Shown here piece after piece: positions 9,848-19,513 of a stretch of 64,000 nt of DNA. The stretch comes from an uncultured Chromatiaceae bacterium (GTDB lineage: Bacteria > Pseudomonadota > Gammaproteobacteria > Enterobacterales > Alteromonadaceae): NCBI GenBank assembly GCA_937978655.1, contig CALJUX010000012.1, positions 3,438-67,437 on the forward strand, written 5' to 3'. The notes under the pieces are model-generated. The model was given only the letters and a program-made list of their open reading frames with translations. It searched no databases and was not told where the DNA came from. How positions within the stretch are numbered: the first letter of the stretch is position 1; every line of letters starts with the position of its first letter. The position numbers and the translations under genes were made by a program.

Positions 9848-11152
9848 TCAGTGTGGCTGTGCCAGCTGCTGAGCTGGAGCAGCCCACTGCTGGCGTGCAA
9901 CAAAATCCAGCACTGTGGCATTGATACAATAACGCGGTTGGCCGCCCGGGCCGTCCGGGAACACGTGGCCCAAATGAATACCACTGACTTTGGCGCGAAT
10001 TTCAATCCGCTGCATGCCGTAGCTATTATCCGGCAATTCCACCACACTGTCGGCCACAGGTTTGGTGAATGACAACCAGCCGCTGCCGGAATCAAAACGG
10101 TCGCGGGTGTCGAATAATGGCAGGCCGCTCAGTTTGTCGATAAACACACCGTCCGGCGTGTTTTTGAAAATTTCATATTGTTTGCAAAACCGGCTGTCGG
10201 TGCCTTTATCAAAAGCGACATTAAAGGCCTCGGAATCACCCAGCTGAAAAGCGCCGAGCGCCTGATAAAACTCTTTCGGTGTTAAATACCCCTGATGGCC
10301 AAACACTTCTTTGCCATCCTGCAGAAAGTACAGGGTTGGCGTGGCAAAGGTGGGGGTGTTCAGTGTTAAACCCTGCAGTTGCGCGCTGGTGCGGGTGGTG
10401 ACTGGAATAGCGCCGCGATAATGATCCAGCACTTCTTTGCGGAATTTTTCGCAGTATGGGCAATAACCTTCGGCTTCCAGTACCAACAGTTGTTTGCCTT
10501 TCTGCAAGGCGCTGTTATCGGTGGCGGCGACAGCTGTTGCTGCAAAACGTACGCCGGTGCTGTGGTCCGGGCAATAACCATCCGGGTTTTTCACTAAGTA
10601 GTCCTGATGATAATCCTCGGCCGGGAAAAACTCAGTGAGTGGCTTAATTTGCGTGGTGATAGCGCCGTATCCTGCCGCGCTCAGCAATTGCTGATATTGC
10701 GCTTTGACGGTTTCAGCGAGCGCCTGCTGACTGGCATTTTGCACCAGAATAATCGAGCGGTACTGCGTGCCCACATCATTGCCCTGGCGATTCAGTTGCG
10801 TTGGGTCGTGATTTTCAAAATACACCTGCAGGATCTGGCGCAGCGACACTTTGGCTGGGTCAAAAGTTACCTTGACCACTTCAGCATGATTATTCGGGTC
10901 GAGCCGCCGCGCGGTAGCGGTGATAGCGCGGTAATTCGCTGCCACGCCTTTGCCGTCGGCATAACCGGATACAGCATTCAGCACACCGGGGATGGCGGCA
11001 TAACGTTTTTCTGCGCCCCAAAAACAGCCGGCGCCCAGCACTATGCTGTCGCTTTGCATGCTGGCTTGTGTGGGTGTAGCGGGCGCTGTGGCTTGGGCGG
11101 GCAAGCAGCAGGCGAGGGCGGCGACAATAGCCGCAGTAAAGCAAAAGCGCAT
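9848..11152 (-). CDS. msrAB: exported methionine sulfoxide reductase fusion MsrA - CPYC redoxin domain - MsrB
   Basis: Signal peptide MRFCFTAAIVAALACCLPAQA. MsrA motif GAGCFWGAE...YHQDYL, a middle thioredoxin-fold segment with CPYC, and an MsrB end GSGWLSF...HLGHVFPDGP...RYCIN. Confidence 0.85.
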   Translation of the reverse strand: MRFCFTAAIVAALACCLPAQATAPATPTQASMQSDSIVLGAGCFWGAEKRYAAIPGVLNAVSGYADGKGVAANYRAITATARRLDPNNHAEVVKVTFDPAKVSLRQILQVYFENHDPTQLNRQGNDVGTQYRSIILVQNASQQALAETVKAQYQQLLSAAGYGAITTQIKPLTEFFPAEDYHQDYLVKNPDGYCPDHSTGVRFAATAVAATDNSALQKGKQLLVLEAEGYCPYCEKFRKEVLDHYRGAIPVTTRTSAQLQGLTLNTPTFATPTLYFLQDGKEVFGHQGYLTPKEFYQALGAFQLGDSEAFNVAFDKGTDSRFCKQYEIFKNTPDGVFIDKLSGLPLFDTRDRFDSGSGWLSFTKPVADSVVELPDNSYGMQRIEIRAKVSGIHLGHVFPDGPGGQPRYCINATVLDFVARQQWAAPAQQLAQPH

Positions 11153-11252
11153 GGCAGATCTCCGGTCTTTATCATCTGAGGCTTATACGACAAGACCGGC
11201 CAAACAGCGCACTTTGTGCATCAGGCCAAAAATATTTTCGGGCCAGATAGCA

Positions 11253-11277
11253 GAAAAGCCCGCAAGCGGGCTTTTCT
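11253..11277 (-). terminator. rho-independent terminator after TonB-dependent receptor gene
   Basis: GC stem aaagcccgc/gcgggcttt followed by a T-rich run on the minus strand, 20 nt after the stop at 11297. Confidence 0.6.
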
Positions 11278-11296
11278 TATCGTGCATCTGCAGCTG

Positions 11297-13426
11297 TCAG
11301 AATTTATAACTGACGCCTACGCGCGCAGCGCGTGGCGACGCCGGCGTGATGTTGTTATTGCTGTGTGCGGAGGCGTAATAGGTTTTATCGGTCAGGTTTT
11401 CCAGATTCAGCTGCAGGCGCAATTCCGGCATTGGCGTATAAAACACCGCCGCATCCACCCGGGTGAAACCTGGCAAAGTCACCAAATTGTCCACCGCGAC
11501 AAAAGCTGAAGACTGGCTGACAACACCCAAACCAGCACCCCATTGCTCGTTAATCTGATAACGGTTCCACAGGGAGAAACTTTGCTCCGGTACCTGACTC
11601 AGCTGTTTGCCTTTTTGCGCGGCTGGCGCCAGGATTTCGCTGTCCTGGAAAGCATAACCGGCAACAAAATCCCAGTGGGCGCTGAGTTTGCCGTTCACTT
11701 CAAACTCGACGCCATTGACCTGCTGGCCGTCAACCAGAATAGAGCGGGTCGGATCAACCGGGTCTGTCACCGCCACATTGGTGCGGTCCAGCTGATACAA
11801 CGCCGTCGCCACCGACAGGCTGTCGCTTATATCCCACTTCACACCAAATTCGTGGTTGATAAAAGACTCCGGGTCCAGCGCGGCGTTGCTGATGGTCAGC
11901 GACGCCATTTGTTCACCGGCGCGTGGCACATAGGCTTTGCTGTAATTGAGGTAAACCGACACAGCTTCCACCGGCTTGTAAATAAGGCCAGCGCGCGGCG
12001 ACAATAAATCGTCTTCGCTTTGGATCACGCTGCCATTGCGGTGGTTTTCCAGCTCAACCTGATAATCGTCATAACGTAAACCCAACACCGCCTGCCACTG
12101 TGGCGTGATTTCAATCTGGTCCTGCACATAGACGGCTTTGGCTTTGGCGTCGCTGGTATTATCGGCGTCTGTCGCCGAAGCGCGGAACTGGATCTTGCCG
12201 CGATAGACCGGATTGGCCAGCGTGACAAATGCTGAAGTCACATTGGCACCCATATCAGTGAAATAGCCGGTCAGGCGCTGGTTGTCGGTGTCTTGCTGGT
12301 TCAACTCTGCACCCACCAGCATTTTGTGCGTCACAGTGCCGGCTTTGGCTTCAAAGGTCAGGTCGGTCTGATTCATCAGGTTTTGCCGCGCAGTGCTGCT
12401 ACTATAGGCAGATACAGCAACCCGGCCATTGGCTGGCGTGTAAGCGCCCGGGAAGACGTTGCCATAAAACTTGTCGTAGTCAGCGTAACGCGTTTGGTTG
12501 ACCAGTAAAGCGCCGCTTACAAATTCGTGGCTGAGCGTGGCCGAGACCGCATCCACTGTGGCGGTCGAGTCACTCAGGTCCGGGTTACCGATAAAAGTCG
12601 CGCGGTTGATATTGAGCGGTTTGTTGCTCGCCGGGTCAAACGGAATACCGCGGTCGGTGATGCGCTCGTCGTCAAAATGTTCATAACTGAGCGCCAGCGT
12701 GGTGCGCTCGGCCAGGCGGTAAGTCAGCGTTGGGTTGACGGCAGAACGCTCCAGCGTGTAAAAATCGCGATAGCCTTCGGAATCTTCATACATACCGGTC
12801 AGACGCACCGCCAGTTCGTCATTGACGGCATAGTTGTAGTCGCCGCTGACACGGGCTTGTTGCCAGGAACCAATGGATGCATCGATACCGCCGGTATCGG
12901 ACCAGTTGGCTTGTTTGGTCACACGGTTAATCAGGCCACCGGCGCTGCCACGGCCGAAAATCATGCCGCTGGGGCCTTTTAATACTTCGACGCGCTGCAC
13001 GTTGTATAAATCGCGCAGGTATTGCACGTCATCGCGCATACCGTTGATGTAGAAATCTGCAGTGGAGGTATTGCCGCGGAAAATTGGTGCATCACGGTGG
13101 CCTTCACCTTGCGCCATTTGTACACCCGGCACATAACGCACCACATCGGCCATATTCTGCATGGCCTGGTCGTCAATTTGCTCTTCAGTCAGCACTGTGA
13201 TGGCCTGCGGAATATCACGCAGCGGTGTGTTGGTTTTAGTCGCTGTGCTGATGGCTTCGACTTTGTAAGACTGAACTTCGCCTTTAACTTCAATATGTTC
13301 GATTTTTTTCGAGACATCGTCGAGTTGGTCTGCGGCCATGACGCTTAATGGCAGCGTTGTCGCCAGCAGACTGAGACGGATGGCCTGGGCCACAGGAGAG
13401 AGAAAACGACGTGGTGATACGGGCAT
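11297..13426 (-). CDS. TonB-dependent siderophore-type outer-membrane receptor
   Basis: Signal peptide; plug domain (IEHIEVKG, DIPQAITVLT, RGNTSTADFYINGMRD); 22-strand-type barrel ending ...RVGVSYKF. Confidence 0.85.
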   Translation of the reverse strand: MPVSPRRFLSPVAQAIRLSLLATTLPLSVMAADQLDDVSKKIEHIEVKGEVQSYKVEAISTATKTNTPLRDIPQAITVLTEEQIDDQAMQNMADVVRYVPGVQMAQGEGHRDAPIFRGNTSTADFYINGMRDDVQYLRDLYNVQRVEVLKGPSGMIFGRGSAGGLINRVTKQANWSDTGGIDASIGSWQQARVSGDYNYAVNDELAVRLTGMYEDSEGYRDFYTLERSAVNPTLTYRLAERTTLALSYEHFDDERITDRGIPFDPASNKPLNINRATFIGNPDLSDSTATVDAVSATLSHEFVSGALLVNQTRYADYDKFYGNVFPGAYTPANGRVAVSAYSSSTARQNLMNQTDLTFEAKAGTVTHKMLVGAELNQQDTDNQRLTGYFTDMGANVTSAFVTLANPVYRGKIQFRASATDADNTSDAKAKAVYVQDQIEITPQWQAVLGLRYDDYQVELENHRNGSVIQSEDDLLSPRAGLIYKPVEAVSVYLNYSKAYVPRAGEQMASLTISNAALDPESFINHEFGVKWDISDSLSVATALYQLDRTNVAVTDPVDPTRSILVDGQQVNGVEFEVNGKLSAHWDFVAGYAFQDSEILAPAAQKGKQLSQVPEQSFSLWNRYQINEQWGAGLGVVSQSSAFVAVDNLVTLPGFTRVDAAVFYTPMPELRLQLNLENLTDKTYYASAHSNNNITPASPRAARVGVSYKF

Positions 13427-13580
13427 CTGAGCACTCCGGACAATTTAACTTTGCGTTTGCTTAATATAACACGAACCATTCTTATTTCGCATGCGATTAC
13501 CCAGGCTGGGTCCGGGCACTGCACCGCAGGCCGTCGGCCGGCGTAAAGCGGCCTGCTGGCAAAGCCGTGGCGCAGCCAGT

Positions 13581-15653
13581 ATGATCAGACTTTCTCCTGC
13601 GCAATTGACGGAAGTGCCTTTGTCCCGACTGGCTTTGTTGTTGTATTCCTTGCTGATTTATCTGCTGCGTCCGCTGTTGTTGCTGCTGTTTGTCTGGCGC
13701 AGCCGCGCCGATGCCGCCTATCGGCAACGGTTTATCGAGCGTTTTGCCCTGCAGCCAATCCCGGCGCGGTACCAGGGCGGCCTGCTGGTGCATGCGGTGT
13801 CGATGGGTGAAGTCGTGGCGGCTATTCCGTTGATCGAAGCTTTGCTGCGCGATTATCCGGCCTTACCTTTAACCGTCACCTGCACCACACCCACCGGCTC
13901 GGCACGCATTCGTCAGCATTTTGCCGGTCAGATTTCCCAAGGCAGGGTTTATCACTGTTATCTGCCGTTTGATACGCCGGGCGCTAACCGGCGGTTGCTG
14001 CAGAAGCTGGCGCCACAGCTGGTGTTGTTGCTGGAAACCGAACTGTGGCCAAACTTGTTGCATGCGGCCAGGGCGCATCAGGTGCCGGTGTTATTGGTCA
14101 ATGCCCGTTTGTCGCGGCGTTCAGCGCGTGGTTACCGGCGTTTTGGCTGGTTAGTCAAACCGATGTTGCAGCAATTGAGCGCGATTCTGGCGCAGGATAA
14201 CGCCACAGCCCGGCGTTTTAATGTGCTGGCCGGCCGGGATAAAGCCGCGCCGCTGGCGGTCCGGGCCGGTAATCTGAAATATGATATGCGAATTGCGCCG
14301 GATTTAGCGGCAAGAGCCTCGGCACTTCGCGCCGACTGGGGCGCGCGGCCTGTGCTGGTCGCCGGCAGTACCCACGCCGGCGAAGATGAAATTATGCTGG
14401 ATGCTTTGGCTCAAATTCGACAGCAACAACCGGACCTGCTGTTGATTCTGGTGCCGCGTCATCCGGACCGGTTTGACACTGTTGCCCGGTTGCTTGAAAG
14501 CCGGGGATTGAACTATGTGCGGCGCAGCCGGGATACGGCCGTCTCCGCGGATACTGCCGTGCTGCTGGGTGACAGCATGGGCGAACTGATGCTGTGGTAT
14601 CAGACGGCTGATTTAGTCTTTATCGGTGGTTCATTGATCCCGCGTGGCGGCCACAATCCGCTCGAAGCCATGTGTCTGTCTAAACCGGTGTTATCCGGGC
14701 CGCAGGTATTTAATTTTGCGCTGGCTTATCAATTACTGGAACAGCAGGCTGCCGTGCGTTGGGTGTCAGACGCCACAACCTTGGCTGAGCAGGTACAGAC
14801 GCTGCTCAGCACGCCTGCAGAGCGGCAGCGTCTGGCCGCGGCTGGATTCGCGCTATACCAGCAACAAGGTGGCGCCACAGCGCGCATTCTGGCCAGGATC
14901 AGTGCGCAAGCGCTGGCAAAGCCAGTGGCGCTGCCCGGTGAATTGCGCTGGTGCACACCGGCCCTGGCGCCTGAGCTGCAAGATGCGCCTTTATTTGACC
15001 CGACCTGGTGGCAGGCACAGCAGGCGGTGACCGGGTATTCCAGCGGGCGCAATACGGTGTATTTTGTCCGCGCACCGGGGACCGAAACTGACTGGGTGCT
15101 GCGGCATTATTATCGCGGCGGGCTGATTGGCAAGCTGAACAAGGATTGGTTTGCCCCTGTGCCCGTGGCCCGCAGCCGCGCTTTGGCTGAATTTGAATTA
15201 TTGTTATGGATGCGACAGGCCGGGCTGCCCGTGCCGGCGCCGGTGGCGGCACGTTATCAGCAACGTGGCTTTGGCTACAGCGCCGATATTTTACTGGAGC
15301 GTATTCCGCAGAGTCTGGACTTGTTTCATTATCTGCAACAACAGGCATTAACGCAGGTGCAGTGGCAGCAGCTGGGCGTGTTGGTGGCGCAGTTACAGCA
15401 GGCCGGGGTTTATCACTCCGATTTAAACTGTCACAACATTCTGCTGGATGCTGCCGGGCAATTCTGGCTGATTGATTTTGATAAATGTGCCAGAAGGCCG
15501 GGCACGGATTGGTGGCCTGAACCTGTAGCGCGGTTACACCGCAGTCTGCAAAAAGAGCTGGGGCTGCGCGATGCTTTTCATTTCACCGCTGACAACTGGC
15601 AGGTATTCATCACCGGCTATCAGCAGCAGCTGGCCGAAGCAAAGATTCACTGA
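13581..15653 (+). CDS. waaA: fusion protein: Kdo transferase (WaaA) + Kdo kinase (KdkA)
   Basis: One uninterrupted frame of 690 aa from ATG 13581. The N-terminal ~440 aa are GT30 WaaA-like (VHAVSMGEV..., GGSLIPRGGHNPLEA). The C-terminal ~235 aa are KdkA-like (VLRHYYRGGLIGKLNKDWF, YHSDLNCHNILLD, WLIDFDKC). Confidence 0.85.
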   Translation: MIRLSPAQLTEVPLSRLALLLYSLLIYLLRPLLLLLFVWRSRADAAYRQRFIERFALQPIPARYQGGLLVHAVSMGEVVAAIPLIEALLRDYPALPLTVTCTTPTGSARIRQHFAGQISQGRVYHCYLPFDTPGANRRLLQKLAPQLVLLLETELWPNLLHAARAHQVPVLLVNARLSRRSARGYRRFGWLVKPMLQQLSAILAQDNATARRFNVLAGRDKAAPLAVRAGNLKYDMRIAPDLAARASALRADWGARPVLVAGSTHAGEDEIMLDALAQIRQQQPDLLLILVPRHPDRFDTVARLLESRGLNYVRRSRDTAVSADTAVLLGDSMGELMLWYQTADLVFIGGSLIPRGGHNPLEAMCLSKPVLSGPQVFNFALAYQLLEQQAAVRWVSDATTLAEQVQTLLSTPAERQRLAAAGFALYQQQGGATARILARISAQALAKPVALPGELRWCTPALAPELQDAPLFDPTWWQAQQAVTGYSSGRNTVYFVRAPGTETDWVLRHYYRGGLIGKLNKDWFAPVPVARSRALAEFELLLWMRQAGLPVPAPVAARYQQRGFGYSADILLERIPQSLDLFHYLQQQALTQVQWQQLGVLVAQLQQAGVYHSDLNCHNILLDAAGQFWLIDFDKCARRPGTDWWPEPVARLHRSLQKELGLRDAFHFTADNWQVFITGYQQQLAEAKIH

Positions 15654-15676
15654 TTACTGATGGGGTCAAAACCAAT

Positions 15677-15706
15677 TAAAAAAGCCGCACCAGCGGCTTT
15701 TTTTCT
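15677..15706. terminator. bidirectional rho-independent terminator
   Basis: aaaaaagccgc-acca-gcggcttttttt lies between the convergent waaA-kdkA (+) and S8 protease (-) genes. Confidence 0.75.
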
Positions 15707-15720
15707 TCTATATCAGATTG

Positions 15721-17490
15721 TTATTGTTGGCTGGTGCTGAGCGTCAGCCCGGTCACTGCAGCATAACCATACAAACCTATATGGTAAGTACCAGCAGTTG
15801 GATTGGTCAAACTACAGCTTTCAGTACTACCGGTTTTGTATGGCCGGCAAGTGTAGCTGCTGAGCGTTGGCTGTGAACCCAGCCGCACATACAAGTCCAC
15901 ATCACCAGTACCGCCGGCGGTGCTGATAGTCAGGTTGGTGCGACCAGCCGGCACGGTCAGGGTGTAATATTTCCAGCTGCTTTTGGCCACCGCGATATTC
16001 GGCGTTGTGGTGGTTACTGGTGTGGTGCCGTCACCGTTGCCACCTGCGGCTTTAGTTACCGCTGCGGCGGCATCAACAATACCGCTGCCACAGCTGGTGC
16101 AGGTGGCAGGGAAGCTGCGGGTGGTGGTTTTCAGAATAGACTCCACTTCATCCGGCGTGGCAGTTGGTTTTTTCTGCAGGATCAGCGCCGCAACGCCGGC
16201 CACATGCGGCGCCGCCATCGAGGTGCCTTGCATATAGGTGTACACGTCTGAGCCTGGCGTGGTGGTACCACTGTTGTGGGTCGACAACACGCCGTTGCTG
16301 TCATTGGCTGAGCTTTGTGCGCCACCCGGTGCCGCCACATCAACCGAAGTGCCGTAGTTGGAGTAATAAGCACGGCCACCGTTGCGGTTGGTGGCGGCGA
16401 CATTCACCACACCGGCACAGTTGCCCGGATTGTAGTTGTTGGCGTTGTCATTGTCGTTGCCGGCCGCAATGACCACCACGGTGCCGCGTGAGCGCGCCGA
16501 ATTGATCGCCGCCTGCGTGGTTGAATCACAAGTGCCGGCGCCGCCCAGACTCATATTAATCACTTTGGCCGGATTGGCGTTGGCCGGTACGCCGGCGACA
16601 GTGCCGCCGGATGCCCAGATAATACCGTCGGCAATGTCAGAGGTGTAACCGCCACATTTGCCCAGCACCCGCACCGGCACTACTTTGGCTTTATAAGCCA
16701 CTCCGGCCACGCCGCTGTTGTTGTTGGTCAGCGCTGCGACCGTGCCTGCGACGTGAGTACCGTGCCAGCTGGAGTCCTGAGCTTGCGCCGGCTGGCCATC
16801 ACCACAGGCGCCCGCCGCCACCCAGTCGCCCGGATCTCTGGCATCGTTGTCGCGGCCCGAGCCGTCGTTGCCGATAAAGGTGTCAGAAATCATGTCATAC
16901 CCCGGCAGGATATTGGCATTGAGGTCGGCATGCGGGCGGTAACCGGTATCCAGCACCGCCACAACCACACCGCTGCCGTCGGCGTTGTCCCAGGCGGCCG
17001 GCGCACGTAAGCCGCCGGTAGTTTCATAGTAGTGCCATTGGTTGTTGTATTGCGTGTCATTCGGCGTCGCCATGATTTGCAACAAGCGGTCTTCTTCGAC
17101 TTCACCAACACTTGGGTCGTTTTTCAGCGCTTTGATCATGTCGGCTTTTTCTTTGGCATTGAGCCGGCGTTCGGCGCGGACAATATGGCGGCCGTTCACC
17201 GCACTGGCGCGGACATAATCCAGCTCAGCGCCAGCCAGCACGGCTAAGGTTTGCTCAACATGCTGTTGCACATTGATTTGGTCATCGATGAAACTTTGCG
17301 TGGTCACATCAGCGCCAGACAGCATGTCGCCGCTGGCGTTACCGCTCTGTTTGTAGGTCAGAATAAACTGGGTGTTGGCTTCCGTGGCTGCTTTGCTATC
17401 CGCCAGGCTGACTTCCTGTGCGCTGACTGGGGCCAGCATCAATGCTGTGAGGGTTCCAAGGGCGATTTTATGTAATTTGAATTGTTGCAT
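15721..17490 (-). CDS. secreted subtilisin-like serine protease (S8) with C-terminal pre-peptidase (PPC) domain
   Basis: Catalytic triad contexts VAVLDTGY, HGTHVAGT and GTSMAAPHVAG. Signal peptide present. C-terminal GDVDLYVRLGSQPT is PPC-like. Confidence 0.9.
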   Translation of the reverse strand: MQQFKLHKIALGTLTALMLAPVSAQEVSLADSKAATEANTQFILTYKQSGNASGDMLSGADVTTQSFIDDQINVQQHVEQTLAVLAGAELDYVRASAVNGRHIVRAERRLNAKEKADMIKALKNDPSVGEVEEDRLLQIMATPNDTQYNNQWHYYETTGGLRAPAAWDNADGSGVVVAVLDTGYRPHADLNANILPGYDMISDTFIGNDGSGRDNDARDPGDWVAAGACGDGQPAQAQDSSWHGTHVAGTVAALTNNNSGVAGVAYKAKVVPVRVLGKCGGYTSDIADGIIWASGGTVAGVPANANPAKVINMSLGGAGTCDSTTQAAINSARSRGTVVVIAAGNDNDNANNYNPGNCAGVVNVAATNRNGGRAYYSNYGTSVDVAAPGGAQSSANDSNGVLSTHNSGTTTPGSDVYTYMQGTSMAAPHVAGVAALILQKKPTATPDEVESILKTTTRSFPATCTSCGSGIVDAAAAVTKAAGGNGDGTTPVTTTTPNIAVAKSSWKYYTLTVPAGRTNLTISTAGGTGDVDLYVRLGSQPTLSSYTCRPYKTGSTESCSLTNPTAGTYHIGLYGYAAVTGLTLSTSQQ

Positions 17491-17951
17491 TGTAAGTTCT
17501 CAATAACGGCTTGTTGTGATTGCCTGGACAGTACCCGCTGTAATTGTTGTCACTGCGACGGATGTGCAGCGCTGTGTGCGGGCAGCGCAATAATTCATCA
17601 ATGCCATACTGCTGTAAAGGTAACTAAATTAACATTTGGTTATATAAATGGGACTGCTGATCTATTTAATTGCACCAAAACGGTGCGGCAATGAGGCAAA
17701 AACTGCCTGCGAGCCGGCTTCGCTGCTGTGATTTATTACAAATGGTTACAGCTGTAAATTTATAGCTATCAGTAATAAGCTAGAGTTAAAAGGTATAAAA
17801 AACCTCAGAAATTCCGTTTTTTTGTCATGTAGTGCTGGGTTCCGCCAGGCAGATGTTTGCCTTTCGCGGCGATCCGCCGGACAATAGCGGGTTTTCGGCG
17901 TACGCCCCCTGCGTTTGCGTTGAATCCTGAACGAAGAGGTGAAATATCCAG

Positions 17952-19133
17952 ATGCAACAGTGGGATGTCATTGTGATTGGCGCAGGTGCTGCCGGTTTGT
18001 TTTGTGCGATTGAAGCCGGTAAACGCGGCCGGCGTGTGCTGGTGCTGGATAACGGCAAAAAAATTGGCCGGAAAATTCTGATGTCCGGTGGTGGGCGTTG
18101 TAATTTTACTAACATCTACGCCAGCCACCAGAATTACCTGTCGCAAAACCCGCATTTCTGTAAGTCGGCGCTCAGCCGTTATACCCAATGGGATTTCATC
18201 AGTCTGGTGCAGCAATACCAGATCCCATATCACGAAAAAACTTTAGGCCAGCTGTTCTGTGATGACAGCGCCAAGGATATTGTTGAGCTGCTCAGCAGCG
18301 AATGCCGCAAGGCCGGCGTGCAGATTGCACTGCAGCAGCAGATAAGCGCGGTGACTTTTGCCGATGGCCAGTATCAGCTGGTGACGCCAGAACTGACGCG
18401 GACTTGCCAGAGTCTGGTGGTGGCCTGTGGTGGCCTCAGCCTGCCAAATTTAGGCGCCACCGCCTTTGGTTATCAGCTGGCGGAGCAGTTTGGCCTGAAG
18501 TTATTGCCAGTGCGCGCCGCACTGGTGCCACTGACCTGGCAACCGGCCGACAAAGCGGTGTTTGAAGAGATCAGCGGGGTGTCACTGCCGGTCACCGCCG
18601 CAGCCAACGACGTGCTGTTTCCGGAAGATATGTTGTTTACCCATCGCGGCCTCAGTGGCCCGGCTATTCTGCAAATCTCCTCGTTCTGGCAGCCGGGTGA
18701 TGATTTGTTGATCAACTTACTACCGCAGCTCGATGTCGCCGAATTCTTACGCGAACAACAGCAAAAACATCCGGAGCAGGAGCTGAAAACGGCTCTGGGC
18801 AAAGTGCTGCCCAAACGTTTGGTCGAGAAGCTGATAGAAATCAAAGTGATCCACAACCAGCCACTGAAAGCGCTGCACGCCAAATCGATCACGCAGATTA
18901 GTCAGGCGCTGCAGCATTATGTGTTTAAACCCAACGGTACTGAAGGCTATCGCACCGCCGAAGTGACCCTGGGCGGTGTTGATACCAACGAATTGTCGTC
19001 CAAAACCATGGAAGCCAAAAAGCAGCCGGGTTTGTATTTTGTCGGCGAAGTGATGGATGTCACCGGCTGGCTCGGCGGTTACAACTTCCAGTGGGCCTGG
19101 AGCTCAGGCTGGGTTGCCGGGCAGTATTGCTGA
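17952..19133 (+). CDS. NAD(P)/FAD-dependent oxidoreductase, YhiN/BaiN (HI0933-like) family
   Basis: DVIVIGAGAAGLFCA...GRKILMSGGGRCNFTN and the C-terminal GEVMDVTGWLGGYNFQWAWSSG are characteristic of this family. Confidence 0.85.
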   Translation: MQQWDVIVIGAGAAGLFCAIEAGKRGRRVLVLDNGKKIGRKILMSGGGRCNFTNIYASHQNYLSQNPHFCKSALSRYTQWDFISLVQQYQIPYHEKTLGQLFCDDSAKDIVELLSSECRKAGVQIALQQQISAVTFADGQYQLVTPELTRTCQSLVVACGGLSLPNLGATAFGYQLAEQFGLKLLPVRAALVPLTWQPADKAVFEEISGVSLPVTAAANDVLFPEDMLFTHRGLSGPAILQISSFWQPGDDLLINLLPQLDVAEFLREQQQKHPEQELKTALGKVLPKRLVEKLIEIKVIHNQPLKALHAKSITQISQALQHYVFKPNGTEGYRTAEVTLGGVDTNELSSKTMEAKKQPGLYFVGEVMDVTGWLGGYNFQWAWSSGWVAGQYC

Positions 19134-19513
19134 TGGCCAGCGTCAAACCCGGCCCGGACTGGCTGAGCCGTAAACTGTCGGCGCGCTGCCAGCAGCAGGA
19201 ACAAAAGCTGCGTGACACGCTGCAGTTATTGTGGCCGCAGTGGCAGCAACATGGTTGCTGCGGGTTGGCATATCAGCTGCAGTTTGAGCATTTTCCGCAA
19301 AGCCTGCTGATTTATGTGCTGGCACCAGCGGCGCAGCGGGAGCTGTTGCTGACGTTGTTGCCGGACTGGCAGCTGCAGCTGCAACAAGCGTTATTCAAAA
19401 AAGGCATTGTGCTGAAACCACCGCTGCGTCACATCAGCATCTGCAGCGAATTTCCTCAGCTGGACCATCGATGTTTCTGTGTGTTCAGCGACAGCCGGAC
19501 TGCTTCGTGTTAA
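19133..19513 (+). CDS. hypothetical protein
   Basis: 126 aa from an ATG overlapping the upstream stop (TGATG). L/Q-rich, with no motif I recognise. Its stop overlaps the stop of the convergent SDR gene (TTAA). Confidence 0.35.
   Translation: MASVKPGPDWLSRKLSARCQQQEQKLRDTLQLLWPQWQQHGCCGLAYQLQFEHFPQSLLIYVLAPAAQRELLLTLLPDWQLQLQQALFKKGIVLKPPLRHISICSEFPQLDHRCFCVFSDSRTASC

Noticed and set aside
13427-13500. Expected Fur box between the siderophore-type TonB receptor gene and waaA.
   Set aside because: I slid the 19-mer GATAATGATAATCATTATC by eye along both strands of the AT-rich stretch (ttaatataacacgaaccattcttatttc). No alignment matched more than about half the positions, so no call is made.
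17482-17694. Cys-rich 70-aa ORF (CCDCLDSTRCNCCHCDGC...) that could look like a RiPP or metallothionein-like peptide.
   Set aside because: It starts at TTG overlapping the protease start codon in antisense and has no SD sequence. The Cys richness comes from TGT/TGC-rich promoter DNA of the divergent S8 protease/yhiN region.
19510-19513. Convergent genes sharing overlapping stop codons (TTAA).
   Set aside because: This is real in sequence but a common compaction feature. The plus-strand hypothetical gene is itself of uncertain coding status.
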